Source of the DNA: Desulfobacteraceae bacterium
GTDB taxonomy: Bacteria; Desulfobacterota; Desulfobacteria; Desulfobacterales; Desulfobacteraceae
Direction of reading: 5' to 3'
Length of the DNA: 32,000 nt
NCBI GenBank assembly: GCA_030632885.1
Contig: DAOVTW010000002.1
Span: forward strand, 36,056-68,055
Part shown: positions 31,706-32,000 of the stretch, piece by piece
Layout: the number at the start of each line of letters is the position of its first letter
Numbering within the stretch: position 1 is the stretch's first letter
Translations under genes and position numbers: made by a program
Notes under the pieces: model-generated
Databases searched by the model: none
Told to the model about the DNA's origin: nothing
The model's input: only the letters and a program-made list of their open reading frames with translations

Positions 31706-32000
31706 TCTGTTATTGGAAGTTTAACCTGTATACAGGTTCCTTTTCCTTTGGCAGATTTTAAATTAATAATACCTCCATGCTGCTGGATAATGTTTTTGGA
31801 TATAAACAGACCAAAACCTGTGCCCTTGTTATGTTTGGAAGAGAAAAAAAGGTTGAAGATTTTTTCCCTGGTTTTTTGATCCATGCCTATGCCATTATCA
31901 TGTATCTCAAAAATATTATATTTTTCATCCTGTTTTAATGTAAAAATAATCTTGTGATCTTTTTCCCCTTTGTCCTCAATACATGCGTCAACTGCATTAT
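31690..32000 (-). CDS. 3' part of a second histidine kinase (HATPase_c domain); the start lies beyond the window
   Basis: The minus-strand frame is open to the window edge: NAVDACIEDKGEKDHKIIFTLKQDEKYNIFEIHDNGIGMDQKTREKIFNLFFSSKHNKGTGFGLFISK... It overlaps the other kinase's 3' end by 16 nt. Confidence 0.75.
   Translation of the reverse strand, partial: NAVDACIEDKGEKDHKIIFTLKQDEKYNIFEIHDNGIGMDQKTREKIFNLFFSSKHNKGTGFGLFISKNIIQQHGGIINLKSAKGKGTCIQVKLPITDYENR

Noticed and set aside
1-32000. CRISPR arrays, IS elements/transposases, integrases, rRNA or tRNA genes
   Set aside because: I found no regularly spaced direct repeats, no transposase/integrase-like ORFs and no tRNA-like cloverleaf signatures while reading the intergenic regions.

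Overview
AT-rich bacterial chromosomal window with about 30 tightly packed protein-coding genes on both strands. I recognised no rRNA, tRNA, CRISPR array, transposase or integrase. The gene content (multihaem cytochromes, a haem-motif sensor kinase, YeeE/TusA/DUF3343, DUF362, NifU-like proteins) suggests an anaerobic Desulfobacterota-like organism, but that is inference only. Left to right: the tail of a LivK/LivF-type ABC transporter; a Usp-receiver fusion; a GT4 glycosyltransferase + MFS operon; a PIF1-like helicase with an HRDC tail; and a DAHP synthase-prephenate dehydratase fusion preceded by what looks like a Phe-codon leader-peptide attenuator. Next comes a GC-richer operon (NifU-like / FmdB zinc ribbon / NifU-like / LbH / orphan / crotonase) converging on a YeeE-TusA-DUF3343-ribokinase-fold operon; two copies of a 72-nt palindromic repeat bracket this pair. 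Then: a small ORF + minimal nucleotidyltransferase pair; tatD-crcB-tcdA; DUF362-DHH-MobB-secreted protein; panC; HD / GGDEF / HDOD signalling genes; a THUMP methyltransferase; and an NrfH-like tetrahaem + HAO-family octahaem cytochrome operon. The window ends with a structured GC-rich island inside a 585-bp intergenic region, a sensor kinase with two haem-c motifs, and the 3' end of a second kinase. The best candidates for something undescribed are (1) the repeat-bracketed sulfur/selenium-carrier plus Fe-S-scaffold-like module (8969-15018) with its ribokinase-fold terminal enzyme, (2) the attenuator plus enzyme fusion at 6804-8963, and (3) the orphan RNA-like structured element at 29020-29220. 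All functional calls come from motif recognition by eye on the supplied ORF translations; no searches or folding programs were run.
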